Positions 6,109 through 14,161 of a stretch of 16,297 nt of DNA are shown piece after piece; within the stretch, counting starts at the first letter, position 1; each line of letters begins with the position of its first letter. Source of the DNA: a virus. Lineage: Duplodnaviria; Heunggongvirae; Uroviricota; Caudoviricetes. The notes under the pieces were generated by a model. That model made no database searches, had not been told where the DNA came from, and saw nothing but the letters and a program-made list of their open reading frames with translations. Both the position numbers and the translations under genes were made by a program. The stretch is from positions 1 to 16,297 of IMG/VR virus record IMGVR_UViG_3300029033_000070; one strand, 5' to 3'.

Positions 6109-7088
6109 CCCCTGAATCCTGTCGGGATCTGGCTGTAGTCCACGTTGTCGTAACTGGCTTTGAAGTACGGGTCCTCGCGTCTGGCTGCAGATACCGCAGG
6201 AACTTCCCAGGATTCTTCGAAATGACGATCCGGACCAAAGAACGTGACAGCCTGTTTCACAAATTGTGTGCCGCTATTGCCCATCGCAGATACCCAGCCC
6301 GCGTAGCGTTTCACACCTTCCAGCATGGTTTCGGGGTTTACCCCCTCGTTCAAACGGGCTTTCCAGGCTTTGAAGGCTGCTGATTTTGAATTGCCACCAG
6401 CACGTTTGGGATATTCCTGCCAGGCCTGTTCAAATTCCGGTGAATATTCCTGTCGGGCAGAACGCGCTGGCGCAGACGCGTCAGCGGATGCATCAATAGT
6501 GTTTTTAGTCTCCGTTGTAATCTCTGTAGTAATCTCTGTATTTGTATCAACATTCGGCGTATCCCCTGTTCCGTTATGACGTCGGGGGGTGTTCCGTTTT
6601 AACGTAATAGCTGTATCGCTGATTGCATTATTGCTGTTACTTTCTGGCGAAACAGAAGAAGGTGTGGTGATGGCCGCAATTGCCTGTGGGTTGATCCCGA
6701 CAAACAAAATATTGCTGCATTTCACCCCATCGAGCATTTCCACCGTGCGTAAATCCAGAGTAATAAACCCTGCATCGCGCAGACGCTTCAGCGCATCTGC
6801 GGTTTCCCTTTTCCCGAAACCAAACTGCTCAGCAAACGCCTGGTAGCTTCTTTGCAGTTTGTCGCCCTGAAAACGCTTGCGATATCCCAGCAACGCTCCG
6901 GTGTGCTCATCCCTGACCTCTGTCGGGCGGTACCAGTAAACGATCTCTGAAAGCAGAGCGATAGCCGTCGCATCCGGACGCCCACTGGGTAGTCGAATAT
7001 ATTTCCACCAGGTCGCAGGTGTAACATTGCCGGAAATATTAATTTGACCAATAGCCATAACTTCCGGTGTGGGGGCGTAACGGCTCAT
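6105..7088 (-). CDS. Replication initiator, lambda O-like / replisome organizer
   Basis: N-terminal domain consistent with phage replisome-organizer N-terminus; C-terminal EFEQAWQEYPKRAGGNSKSAAFKAWKARL resembles O/DnaT-type C-termini. Carries an internal 12-bp tandem repeat. ATGA overlap with the upstream ORF. Confidence 0.6.
   Translation of the reverse strand: MSRYAPTPEVMAIGQINISGNVTPATWWKYIRLPSGRPDATAIALLSEIVYWYRPTEVRDEHTGALLGYRKRFQGDKLQRSYQAFAEQFGFGKRETADALKRLRDAGFITLDLRTVEMLDGVKCSNILFVGINPQAIAAITTPSSVSPESNSNNAISDTAITLKRNTPRRHNGTGDTPNVDTNTEITTEITTETKNTIDASADASAPARSARQEYSPEFEQAWQEYPKRAGGNSKSAAFKAWKARLNEGVNPETMLEGVKRYAGWVSAMGNSGTQFVKQAVTFFGPDRHFEESWEVPAVSAARREDPYFKASYDNVDYSQIPTGFRG
6517..6546. 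repeat. Tandem 12-bp direct repeat inside the O-like gene (candidate iterons / ori)
   Basis: gtaatctctgta at 6517-6528 and 6529-6540, then partial tttgta; encodes TEITTEIT in the inter-domain linker. By analogy, lambda ori iterons lie inside O. Confidence 0.3.
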
Positions 7089-7384
7089 ACAACCTCCTTC
7101 CGCAGCATGAGAATTGTGTAGCCACGCGCAGGTTGTAGTCTGGCTTTTGCATCAATAGTAAGCGTTGCAATTTTTCGGATATGAAGATAACCAGCTCTTT
7201 CCAGTGCCAGGGTTTCCCTGAATATCGCTTGCTTAGAACAACAGCAGAAATCAGCAAGCACCTGATGATCAATAACTCTCTCGCCTTCACCGTCTGAAGA
7301 ACCCGACATCAAAACACGCAACATAATCAGGCGCTGAATCGGGTTATCGAAAGCACATCCGCACACAAACTGAAAACAGTTCAC
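7085..7384 (-). CDS. Hypothetical small protein (99 aa; possible HTH)
   Basis: Stop overlaps the O-like ATG (ATGA), which supports translation. Start is GTG 7384 or an internal ATG. No family recognised. Confidence 0.4.
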   Translation of the reverse strand: MNCFQFVCGCAFDNPIQRLIMLRVLMSGSSDGEGERVIDHQVLADFCCCSKQAIFRETLALERAGYLHIRKIATLTIDAKARLQPARGYTILMLRKEVV

Positions 7385-7605
7385 GCCACACCTCCCAGAC
7401 GCTTAAACATTTTTCCGGAGCAAAAGGCTATAAGCGGCATACTGACGCGGTAATTACGGCCCAGCGGTTCACAAATCACCTTCTGACATTCACGGTCAAC
7501 CAGGCTAACACGTAGAACATGCCCTGCAGGCGTGGTGTACCACTGACCAGGACGAGGACAACGGAAAGTCTGATTGGTAAACCGTTTGAAAATATTCCGG
7601 ATCAT
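7381..7605 (-). CDS. Hypothetical small protein (74 aa)
   Basis: ATG at 7605 overlaps the stop of the Rha-domain ORF (ATGA). No family recognised. Confidence 0.4.
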   Translation of the reverse strand: MIRNIFKRFTNQTFRCPRPGQWYTTPAGHVLRVSLVDRECQKVICEPLGRNYRVSMPLIAFCSGKMFKRLGGVA

Positions 7606-8753
7606 TTGCGCCCCCTTACCTCTGAAGGGTTCAGCGACAAATTTATGAGACTGGCCAGTAGCGCCGCGTCGTTGATGCGGTCATACAGACTTACAGCCAG
7701 CGGGGATTCGGCTTTTGCCAACATGGGATAAAGCTGCTGCAGCCAGACCTTGTGGATTACCGACAGGTGGGAGTAAAGCACGCTGGCGTTATCTGCGGCA
7801 TCGCTCAGCGTGGATGGCTTTGAAAGCAGTTTTTCCATCTGGTTAAAGGCATTGATGTATGCCTCTTTGAACCGGGCAGCACGTTTACCCGTGAAACCCA
7901 TAGCAAGAAACGCAAAACCGTCGCGGGTGATTTGGTAACAAGGGAGTTTGCGGCCTGATGCGTCGGTGTATTCACTTAACACAAAATTGTGTTCAGTAAA
8001 TTCAGCGGAACATTCGAGGTTTCTAATTCTATCTAAAACCCGCTCATGCCGTTTAGTAAAGTAATTAGCTACTGCAAGAGATGTGGTGACAACGCGACCA
8101 TTGATAATCGTGATTTCAGGGTGAGATTGGGTTGGGAGAGTAGTCATGGTGACAGCCCCTATGTTGAATTCAATGAACTCACCACCAAGGCTTTCCACGA
8201 CCATATAGGTGGTGAGACGTACAGGGGTGGAAATACCGGTCAACATAGAACCCGGCCCAACCGAAGTTGGCCCTGCACGCCCCACCATAATTTGGGCGTA
8301 ACGATGCTCATGACACGAAAAAACCGCATGAGCGCGGTTGTGCTCTATATTGAATTTCGGGTTTCCACGCCCGGCACCCGCTTTATAAGGTGCCGGAACA
8401 GTGTAACGTCCCGGAATTGCAGAATCAATATGCTGGTGGTCCTTCACACTCAACAAAATCACGCCTGAATTTCCACAAAGGACTAAAGCACTCATGCGGG
8501 TAGTCTTTGCGAAGATAGATAACGCGCTGTGTTTCTGGCTCCCAACGAATAACATGGACATAAAGCCCTCTTCCGTCACGAAACCAGCGGTTAAGTTCCT
8601 GCACAACTCGCCCCCCACAGTCAGGTAAAGTTCTCTGTGGTTACTTACAGCCAGGTGATTTGGTAATCTGCATTCATGCCGTAACAACAGGTGTTCAGCG
8701 ACGCTGACCACCAGCTGTTGCGACAAACGGTTATTTGCCGTTAAACTATTCAT
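7602..8753 (-). CDS. Rha-family phage regulatory protein with ~200-aa N-terminal extension of unknown function
   Basis: Rha signature ITIINGRVVTTSLAVANYFTKRHERVLDRIRNL...YQITRDGFAFLAMGFTGKRAARFKEAYINAFNQME at aa ~210-300. ATG 8753 overlaps the upstream stop (ATGA), supporting the long form; an internal ATG at 8147 with AGGGG upstream would give a conventional ~181-aa Rha protein. Confidence 0.55.
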   Translation of the reverse strand: MNSLTANNRLSQQLVVSVAEHLLLRHECRLPNHLAVSNHRELYLTVGGELCRNLTAGFVTEEGFMSMLFVGSQKHSALSIFAKTTRMSALVLCGNSGVILLSVKDHQHIDSAIPGRYTVPAPYKAGAGRGNPKFNIEHNRAHAVFSCHEHRYAQIMVGRAGPTSVGPGSMLTGISTPVRLTTYMVVESLGGEFIEFNIGAVTMTTLPTQSHPEITIINGRVVTTSLAVANYFTKRHERVLDRIRNLECSAEFTEHNFVLSEYTDASGRKLPCYQITRDGFAFLAMGFTGKRAARFKEAYINAFNQMEKLLSKPSTLSDAADNASVLYSHLSVIHKVWLQQLYPMLAKAESPLAVSLYDRINDAALLASLINLSLNPSEVRGRK

Positions 8754-9307
8754 GCGTTAGTTTCTCCACAACCAGAAGCAATCGACGCCACGACGCCCGG
8801 AGCTGCACACTCGCGGGCGTTACTATTTTCTGGAGCGCAGAAGATTTTGTAGACCAGTGCTGCATGCTCCTGGAGCTTCGAAATTGAAAGATACAGTTCG
8901 TCGTTAATTGCTGTCTTCTCATGCGGTTCCACTACACCGTCTTCGATTGCTGAACGAATCTGTCTGGAATAACCGCCGATCTGTTCAATGACTTCCAGCA
9001 GGCGCTGGTTTATATCGGCGTTCTCTACTGCCTCAATTTCAGGAAGCGATACGAACACCCCACCAGCAGACTGTGCGACAGCATCCGCAATGTAGTGAGT
9101 GCCAGCCGCACGCTGTAAAACCATTGCCCATCCCAGCGGGAAAATCTGATCGCCATCTGCACGAAGGCGGTTGAATAAAGCGTTCTCTGTTACATCCAGC
9201 CAGTCAGCAGCTTCAGCGTAACCCCCAGGCAATGCCGCGATAGTTTTTCTGACAGCTTTCACGTACCACTCAGGTTGTTTTTCCACTTTCCAGTGATGCT
9301 TACCCAC
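8750..9307 (-). CDS. Hypothetical early-operon protein (185 aa), second gene after cro
   Basis: GTG start at 9307 with AGGAGG 6 nt upstream; overlaps the cro 3' end by 8 nt. Positionally analogous to cII/YdaT-type genes, but sequence not assigned. Confidence 0.55.
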   Translation of the reverse strand: MGKHHWKVEKQPEWYVKAVRKTIAALPGGYAEAADWLDVTENALFNRLRADGDQIFPLGWAMVLQRAAGTHYIADAVAQSAGGVFVSLPEIEAVENADINQRLLEVIEQIGGYSRQIRSAIEDGVVEPHEKTAINDELYLSISKLQEHAALVYKIFCAPENSNARECAAPGVVASIASGCGETNA

Positions 9308-9560
9308 GGCTTACCTCCTGTTCCTGTGGTTTAAACCCATTCTGGTTTTGGCTAGATTGAAAACGTGCCGGATAAAGAATCTGCATTTCGCTGATTTCAC
9401 CCTTAAAAAAATTGGCCAGACGTTCTGCAAGATCGATAGATGGAATTTGTTCCAGTCTTTCAATACGACTCAGCGTCGCTGGATTGACCTGAACGCCCGC
9501 AGCAACATGCTGCAAAGTAAATCCGTGCGCCTTACGCACATTCCGTAATGGTGATTGCAT
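9300..9560 (-). CDS. cro: Cro-like HTH (XRE-family) regulator
   Basis: 86 aa; HTH KAHGFTLQHVAAGVQVNPATLSRIERLEQIPSIDLAERLANFF. Divergent from the CI-type repressor; GGAGG SD before the ATG. Confidence 0.8.
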   Translation of the reverse strand: MQSPLRNVRKAHGFTLQHVAAGVQVNPATLSRIERLEQIPSIDLAERLANFFKGEISEMQILYPARFQSSQNQNGFKPQEQEVSRG

Positions 9561-9657
9561 ATAACCTCCACATATTGCGTGATGAGCATATTATTTCACG
9601 CAAATATTTTGCGCAAGTTGATTTGCTTAACGCGCAATAAAGAAATGTAATAAACGC
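9561..9657. promoter_or_regulatory. Immunity-region operator/promoter block (OR-like, PR and PRM)
   Basis: Repeated CGCAA/TTGCGC half-sites: ttgcgtga...tcacgcaa inverted repeat (9574-9604), cgcaaatattttgcg near-palindrome, acgcgcaa. Minus-strand TTGCGC-17-TAATAT (PR-like). Plus-strand TTGCTT-17-TGTAAT ends 6 nt before the cI ATG with no SD, implying a leaderless cI mRNA. Confidence 0.6.
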
Positions 9658-10350
9658 ATGAACATAGGAAATCGAGTCAGACAACTTCGCCAGGCGAAGA
9701 ACATGAAAATCGCCGATCTCGCTGAAGCAATAGGAGTGGATGCGGCGAATATCTCGCGCCTCGAAACAGGTAAGCAGAAACAATTCACTGAACAAGCCCT
9801 GAGTAATATTGCCAGGAGCTTAGGTGTTGATATTGCTGATCTCTTTACCTCAGACCTCAAAAGTAATACTGTATGTAAAAACAGTATTAGTGAGGATGTT
9901 GCGCAGGTGAAGGATGTATTCCGTATTGAAATGCTGGATGTCAGTGCCAGTGCGGGAAATGGCCTTATCCAGGGCGGTGATGTCATTGATGTGATTCATG
10001 CCATTGAATACAGAACTGATAATGCTGTATCGATGTTTGGTGGACGACCAGCAAATCACATTAAAGTTATCAACGTTCGTGGGGACAGTATGTGTCCAAC
10101 CATTGAGCCAGGAGATCTCATCTTCGTTGATATCAGTATCAATCAGTTTGATGGGGATGGTATCTATGTGTTTGGTTTTGATGATAAAATTTATGTCAAA
10201 CGACTGCAAATGATACCTGACAAACTACTGGTAATTTCTGATAACCAGATTTACCGTGAATGGGGAATTACCAGCGAAAATGAACACCGGTTTATGGTCT
10301 TTGGAAAGGTCTTAATCAGCCAGTCACAAACCCTTAAGCGACACAATTAA
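9658..10350 (+). CDS. cI: CI-type prophage repressor, HTH + S24 (LexA-like) self-cleaving peptidase domain
   Basis: N-terminal HTH (IGNRVRQLRQAKNMKIADLAEAIGVDAANISRLETGK); C-terminal GDSMCPTIEPGDLIFVD (catalytic Ser) and VKRL (Lys); an Ala-Gly pair in the linker (SASAGNG). Confidence 0.9.
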   Translation: MNIGNRVRQLRQAKNMKIADLAEAIGVDAANISRLETGKQKQFTEQALSNIARSLGVDIADLFTSDLKSNTVCKNSISEDVAQVKDVFRIEMLDVSASAGNGLIQGGDVIDVIHAIEYRTDNAVSMFGGRPANHIKVINVRGDSMCPTIEPGDLIFVDISINQFDGDGIYVFGFDDKIYVKRLQMIPDKLLVISDNQIYREWGITSENEHRFMVFGKVLISQSQTLKRHN

Positions 10351-10370
10351 CCCTTACCTCCTCATCAATT

Positions 10371-10395
10371 AGCCACCCGAAGGTGGCTTTTCATT
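10371..10395 (+). terminator. Intrinsic terminator after cI
   Basis: agccacc-cgaa-ggtggct hairpin followed by TTTTCATT. Confidence 0.6.
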
Positions 10396-10399
10396 ACTC

Positions 10400-10460
10400 A
10401 TCAAATTGCATATCTCGCAACAAAAATACTTGCATAATGCGCAACTTCATTTTATCTTTC
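10400..10460 (+). promoter_or_regulatory. Candidate PL/OL-like region
   Basis: TTGCAT (10430-10435)-17-TATCTT and an operator-like ttgcataatgcgcaa element sharing the GCGCAA half-site with the OR block. Promoter hexamers are weak; assignment tentative. Confidence 0.3.
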
Positions 10461-10890
10461 TTTCCAGACCAACAAACAAGGTACTAACAAAATTTGGTTG
10501 TAACACGGCGTATGGCACATGCGTCGTTAGCGGTCTGGGGACGTTAAAGGAGACAATCCACTCCTTGCTCGGGCAAACAAACCAGGTAGCCGGAATGTGC
10601 AAGTCAATGATGATGCTGATAAGACGCCTAACCAGCGTGGCGATTCGGTTTGACGCCTGGGAAGAGACCAGGGTGCAACGATGAGGGCATTTATGGAACC
10701 GCGACAAAGTGTGGTGCCGTAACTGGCTAAGTGCTCTCAGTGTTGTGGTGAAGGCGCAGGCTGATGCGCGAAAGACATTGCAGCTATTGCGGAAAAGAGC
10801 TGTTCGGCGGGGCAATTAAACGCCCGTGAGAGTCTGAAATAACCGCAAGCCGGAGATCAGCACCGGTCACCACAACAGCCACTGCTTTGG

Positions 10891-10939
10891 CGGTACCAGT
10901 TTGTACACTTGCTTCCGGCTGGTACCGCTCTTTTTACAA
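10891..10939 (+). terminator. Terminator-like hairpin overlapping a boxA-like motif in the PL leader
   Basis: cggtaccag-19 nt loop-ctggtaccg (10891-10927) followed by ctcTTTTT; the sequence gctctttttacaa (10927-10939) resembles boxA (rrn GCTCTTTAACAA, lambda CGCTCTTA). Confidence 0.4.
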
Positions 10940-11024
10940 AACAGAGAAGAGCATCACCGGACGACGGGCTCATAACCCAATCCATCCGGGCGGCTGCCAC
11001 CGCAGGTGTTCTTCTCTGTTTTGT
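10936..11024 (+). promoter_or_regulatory. Long perfect inverted repeat (15-bp arms, 59-nt loop) in the leader upstream of the first PL-operon gene
   Basis: acaaaacagagaaga (10936-10950) and tcttctctgttttgt (11010-11024) are exact reverse complements, extendable via cacc/ggtg; ends ~50 nt before the YfdP-like ATG. Confidence 0.4.
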
Positions 11025-11072
11025 GGGGAAACCAACCGACCTTGCAGGGTCGATATGATGAGGAGCAGCAAA

Positions 11073-11435
11073 ATGGCTAGCGAACGTAGTACTGATGTGC
11101 AGGCATTTATCGGGGAGCTGGACGGCGGCGTATTTGAAACCAAAATCGGAGCTGTTCTCAGTGAAGTCGCTTCCGGTGTGATGAACACGAAAACCAAAGG
11201 TAAGGTCTCGCTCAACCTGGAAATCGAACCGTTTGATGAGAACCGTGTGAAAATCAAACACAAACTCTCATATGTTCGCCCGACTAACCGCGGGAAAATT
11301 TCCGAAGAAGACACCACCGAAACGCCGATGTATGTCAATCGCGGTGGTCGCCTGACTATTCTGCAGGAAGACCAGGGACAATTACTGACTCTTGCCGGTG
11401 AACCTGACGGAAAACTCCGCGCAGCAGGTCATTAA
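11073..11435 (+). CDS. YfdP-like hypothetical protein (120 aa)
   Basis: ATG 11073 with GAGGAG 8 nt upstream; the track ORF 10887.. is an in-frame upstream extension without SD. The 120-aa size and position before the YfdQ/YfdR-like genes match my recollection of CPS-53 yfdP. Confidence 0.55.
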   Translation: MASERSTDVQAFIGELDGGVFETKIGAVLSEVASGVMNTKTKGKVSLNLEIEPFDENRVKIKHKLSYVRPTNRGKISEEDTTETPMYVNRGGRLTILQEDQGQLLTLAGEPDGKLRAAGH

Positions 11436-11500
11436 TATCGTTCTTAATTAACCGATTATTTATCTCATCACTGAATATCTTTATATAGTGAGGACTTATT

Positions 11501-12325
11501 ATGTCTCAGAACTTAGACGCAACCGCAATTAATCAAATCCATTCCCTTATTTCTGCTCAGGGTGTTAATGAAATTATCAGTAAGATTGGTGCCGATGCTG
11601 TGGCATTGCCTGAGAATTTCCGCATTCATGATCTGGAAAAATTTAATTTAAATCGCTTCCGTTTCCGTGGTGCGCTTTCCACTGCCAGCATCGATGACTT
11701 TACCCGTTATTCTAAAGATCTTGCAGATGAAGGCACCCGCTGCTTTATCGATGCCGATAATATGCGAGCAGTCAGTGTGCTTAACCTGGGTACTATTGAT
11801 GAACCAGGTCACGCAGATAACACCGCCACTCTCAAACTGAAAAAGACAGCACCGTTCTCTGCCCTGTTGTCTGTTAACGGCGAGCGTAACTCCCAGAAGT
11901 CACTGGCAGAATGGATTGAAGACTGGTCCGACTACCTTGTGGGCTTTGATGCTAATGGTGACGCTATTCAGGCAACAAAAGCGGCTGCGGCGGTCCGTAA
12001 AATCACGATTGAAGCAAACCAGACCGCTGATTTTGAAGATAATGACTTCAGCGGCAAACGCTCCCTGATGGAGTCTGTCGAAGCGAAGACCAAAGATATT
12101 ATGCCAGTGGCATTTGAATTTAAATGCGTTCCGTTTGAAGGTCTGAAAGAACGTCCATTTAAATTACGCCTCAGCATTATCACTGGCGATCGTCCTGTAC
12201 TGGTTCTGCGCATTATTCAGCTGGAAGCAGTGCAGGAAGAAATGGCTAACGAATTTCGTGATCTGCTTGTTGAGAAATTCAAAGACAGCAAAGTAGAAAC
12301 CTTTATTGGTACTTTCACCGCCTGA
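11501..12325 (+). CDS. yfdQ: YfdQ-like protein (DUF2303 family), 274 aa
   Basis: ATG with AGGA SD; 274-aa size and gene order (before the HD-domain YfdR-like gene) match CPS-53 yfdQ as I recall it. Function unknown. Confidence 0.6.
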   Translation: MSQNLDATAINQIHSLISAQGVNEIISKIGADAVALPENFRIHDLEKFNLNRFRFRGALSTASIDDFTRYSKDLADEGTRCFIDADNMRAVSVLNLGTIDEPGHADNTATLKLKKTAPFSALLSVNGERNSQKSLAEWIEDWSDYLVGFDANGDAIQATKAAAAVRKITIEANQTADFEDNDFSGKRSLMESVEAKTKDIMPVAFEFKCVPFEGLKERPFKLRLSIITGDRPVLVLRIIQLEAVQEEMANEFRDLLVEKFKDSKVETFIGTFTA

Positions 12326-12453
12326 TTTCATTACTGCAAATGCTCCTGCGGGGGCATTTATGGAAACGTAATTAACTCAATAATCGCCGGATGGTGCGGG
12401 ATTCCTTTTACCCGAATTCAGCGCGGTGCAGCGCATATAAAGTGGAGAACGAA

Positions 12454-12990
12454 ATGTCATTTATTAAAACTTTTTCCGGGAAGCATTTTTATTATGACAA
12501 GATAAATAAAGACGACATCGTGATTAACGATATCGCGGTTTCCCTTTCAAATATCTGTCGCTTTGCAGGACATCTTTCACACTTCTACAGTGTCGCCCAG
12601 CATGCGGTGCTTTGCAGCCAGCTGGTGCCGCAGGAATTTGCTTTTGAAGCGTTAATGCATGATGCAACAGAAGCGTATTGCCAGGACATCCCCGCACCAC
12701 TGAAACGACTTCTTCCTGACTATAAACGGATGGAAGAAAAAATAGACGCCGTAATCCGTGAGAAATACGGGTTACCTCCTGTTATGAGCACGCCAGTGAA
12801 ATATGCCGATCTCATCATGCTGGCAACCGAACGCCGCGATCTCGGGCTTGATGATGGCTCTTTCTGGCCAGTACTGGAAGGTATCCCGGCAACAGAAATG
12901 TTCAAAGTTATTCCACTGGCTCCGAGCCATGCCTACGGGATGTTTATGGAGCGCTTTAACGAGTTATCGGAGTTACGCACATGCGCATGA
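12454..12990 (+). CDS. yfdR: HD-domain phosphohydrolase, YfdR/YfbR-like 5'-deoxynucleotidase family
   Basis: H...HD metal-binding motifs (HLSHFYSVAQHAVL; ALMHDATEAY); start ATG 12454 with GGAGAA SD gives 178 aa. The track ORF start at 12391 is an unsupported extension. Confidence 0.7.
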   Translation: MSFIKTFSGKHFYYDKINKDDIVINDIAVSLSNICRFAGHLSHFYSVAQHAVLCSQLVPQEFAFEALMHDATEAYCQDIPAPLKRLLPDYKRMEEKIDAVIREKYGLPPVMSTPVKYADLIMLATERRDLGLDDGSFWPVLEGIPATEMFKVIPLAPSHAYGMFMERFNELSELRTCA

Positions 12991-13592
12991 ATGTTTTCGA
13001 AATGGAAGGGTTTCTTCGCGGGAAATGTGTACCACGAGATCTGAAAGTGAATGAAACAAATGCTGAATATCTGGTGCGTAAATTTGCTGAAGCGGAGGCC
13101 AAGATTTTGGCTCTGTCCGAAGACCAACAGAAAGCGATTGAGTCAATTAAGCAGGCTGATGCAGCTGTTAAGTTGGCACACGAGAAGTTTTCGGCGCTGG
13201 CGGCGGAGAATGCGGGGCTGAAACACGCAATGGCCGTAACTCTTGAGCATGTGTCGGTCACGGATGCAGGGCAGGCTGGTGTTGCTGCAATGATTATCAA
13301 CGATGCCCTGCACCACAGCGAAACTCCAGCCACCGATGCTTTCCTGGCTGAAATTCGTGCGGAAGCACGCAACGAGGGGATTAACTATACCGCAAGCCGT
13401 CTTGCTGCTGCTTTCAATCACGGATTTATCAATAAGTCTTTACGTGAAGTTTTCGACGTTACACGCATGATTCTGTCAGCGAAAGAAGAGTTGGCTAATG
13501 AACCACACCCGATTGATGGCCTGTCCGGTGAATATGCGGAGAAATCCCTAGAAGAATGGGCGGAACAGATTCGCAAAGGAGGCAACCAGTGA
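12981..13592 (+). CDS. Hypothetical Ala/Glu-rich (probably coiled-coil) protein, ~201-203 aa
   Basis: Start overlaps the YfdR-like stop (ATG 12981 with GGAG upstream, or ATG 12987 in an ATGA overlap). No family recognised. Confidence 0.5.
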   Translation: MRMNVFEMEGFLRGKCVPRDLKVNETNAEYLVRKFAEAEAKILALSEDQQKAIESIKQADAAVKLAHEKFSALAAENAGLKHAMAVTLEHVSVTDAGQAGVAAMIINDALHHSETPATDAFLAEIRAEARNEGINYTASRLAAAFNHGFINKSLREVFDVTRMILSAKEELANEPHPIDGLSGEYAEKSLEEWAEQIRKGGNQ

Positions 13593-13813
13593 GCGGAAAA
13601 AGAATGACTAACAGAGAGCTTGTTGATGCCGCGATTAAGCTTGCTGGTGATTTTTATTCAATGATGGGGTACGCGCATCGCCCTGGATTCAAATATTGGG
13701 AATCACCGCATCCGCAAGAGCAACTGGTATTTCAAATGGCCTGCCGTGCTTTTGAGGTTATTCGCGGTTCTGATGTGATGGACGCCGTTGCCGACTTGGA
13801 GGATGAAGAGTGA
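13589..13813 (+). CDS. Hypothetical small protein (74 aa)
   Basis: GTG start in a GTGA overlap with the upstream stop, AAGGAGG 6 nt upstream. The track ORF start at 13556 lacks an SD. Confidence 0.45.
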   Translation: MSGKRMTNRELVDAAIKLAGDFYSMMGYAHRPGFKYWESPHPQEQLVFQMACRAFEVIRGSDVMDAVADLEDEE

Positions 13814-14160
13814 CCCAAATTAACTATCAGGCACTGCGTGAGGCAGCAGTAGCAATTGAAACAGTGGCAACGCCTCAAAAATTGCAGGCGTTTCGGATGA
13901 AGGTCACACCGTCGGTGGTACTGGCGCTGCTGGATGAAATTAAGCGCCTGGAGGACACAAATATTGATGCTATGTGCCGAATTGCAGAACTGGAAGCGAG
14001 GGAAGTTCAATTACCGACTCGCTACGACCTTCGATATGGACACCCGATAAATGCAGATGAGCGACAAGTCATGATACCTAAAGAAAATGGCAGTTGGCTT
14101 TACCTGATTGACCTAGAACACGCATTACGCGTCGCTGACATTCGCATCAAAGGAGAGTGA
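13810..14160 (+). CDS. Hypothetical protein (116 aa), possibly ead/Ea22-like
   Basis: GTGA overlap start with GGAGG upstream; predicted coiled coil (VLALLDEIKRLEDTNIDAMCRIAELEAREV). The Ea22-like assignment is weak and from memory. Confidence 0.45.
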   Translation: MTQINYQALREAAVAIETVATPQKLQAFRMKVTPSVVLALLDEIKRLEDTNIDAMCRIAELEAREVQLPTRYDLRYGHPINADERQVMIPKENGSWLYLIDLEHALRVADIRIKGE

Positions 14161-14161
14161 T

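Noticed and set aside
8046-8468. Plus-strand 140-aa ORF antisense to the N-terminal extension of the Rha-domain ORF
   Set aside because: No SD, Arg/Cys-rich low-complexity translation; the minus-strand frame has an ATGA-coupled start.
10406-10815. ORFs 10406..10684 (+) and 10447..10815 (-) in the PL leader
   Set aside because: The first begins at a TTG inside the putative promoter/operator with no SD; the second is Arg/Ser/Thr-rich and antisense to the operon. Both look like chance frames in a non-coding leader.
10887-11072. N-terminal 62-codon extension of the YfdP-like ORF
   Set aside because: It reads through the terminator-like hairpin and the 15-bp inverted repeat and has no SD; the ATG at 11073 has GAGGAG at ideal spacing and gives the expected 120 aa.
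12956-13372. Minus-strand 138-aa ORF and neighbours (12933..13127, 13143..13421) antisense to the 203-aa gene
   Set aside because: Ala/Ser/Cys-rich mirror-frame artefacts of the Ala/Glu-rich plus-strand gene; no SD.
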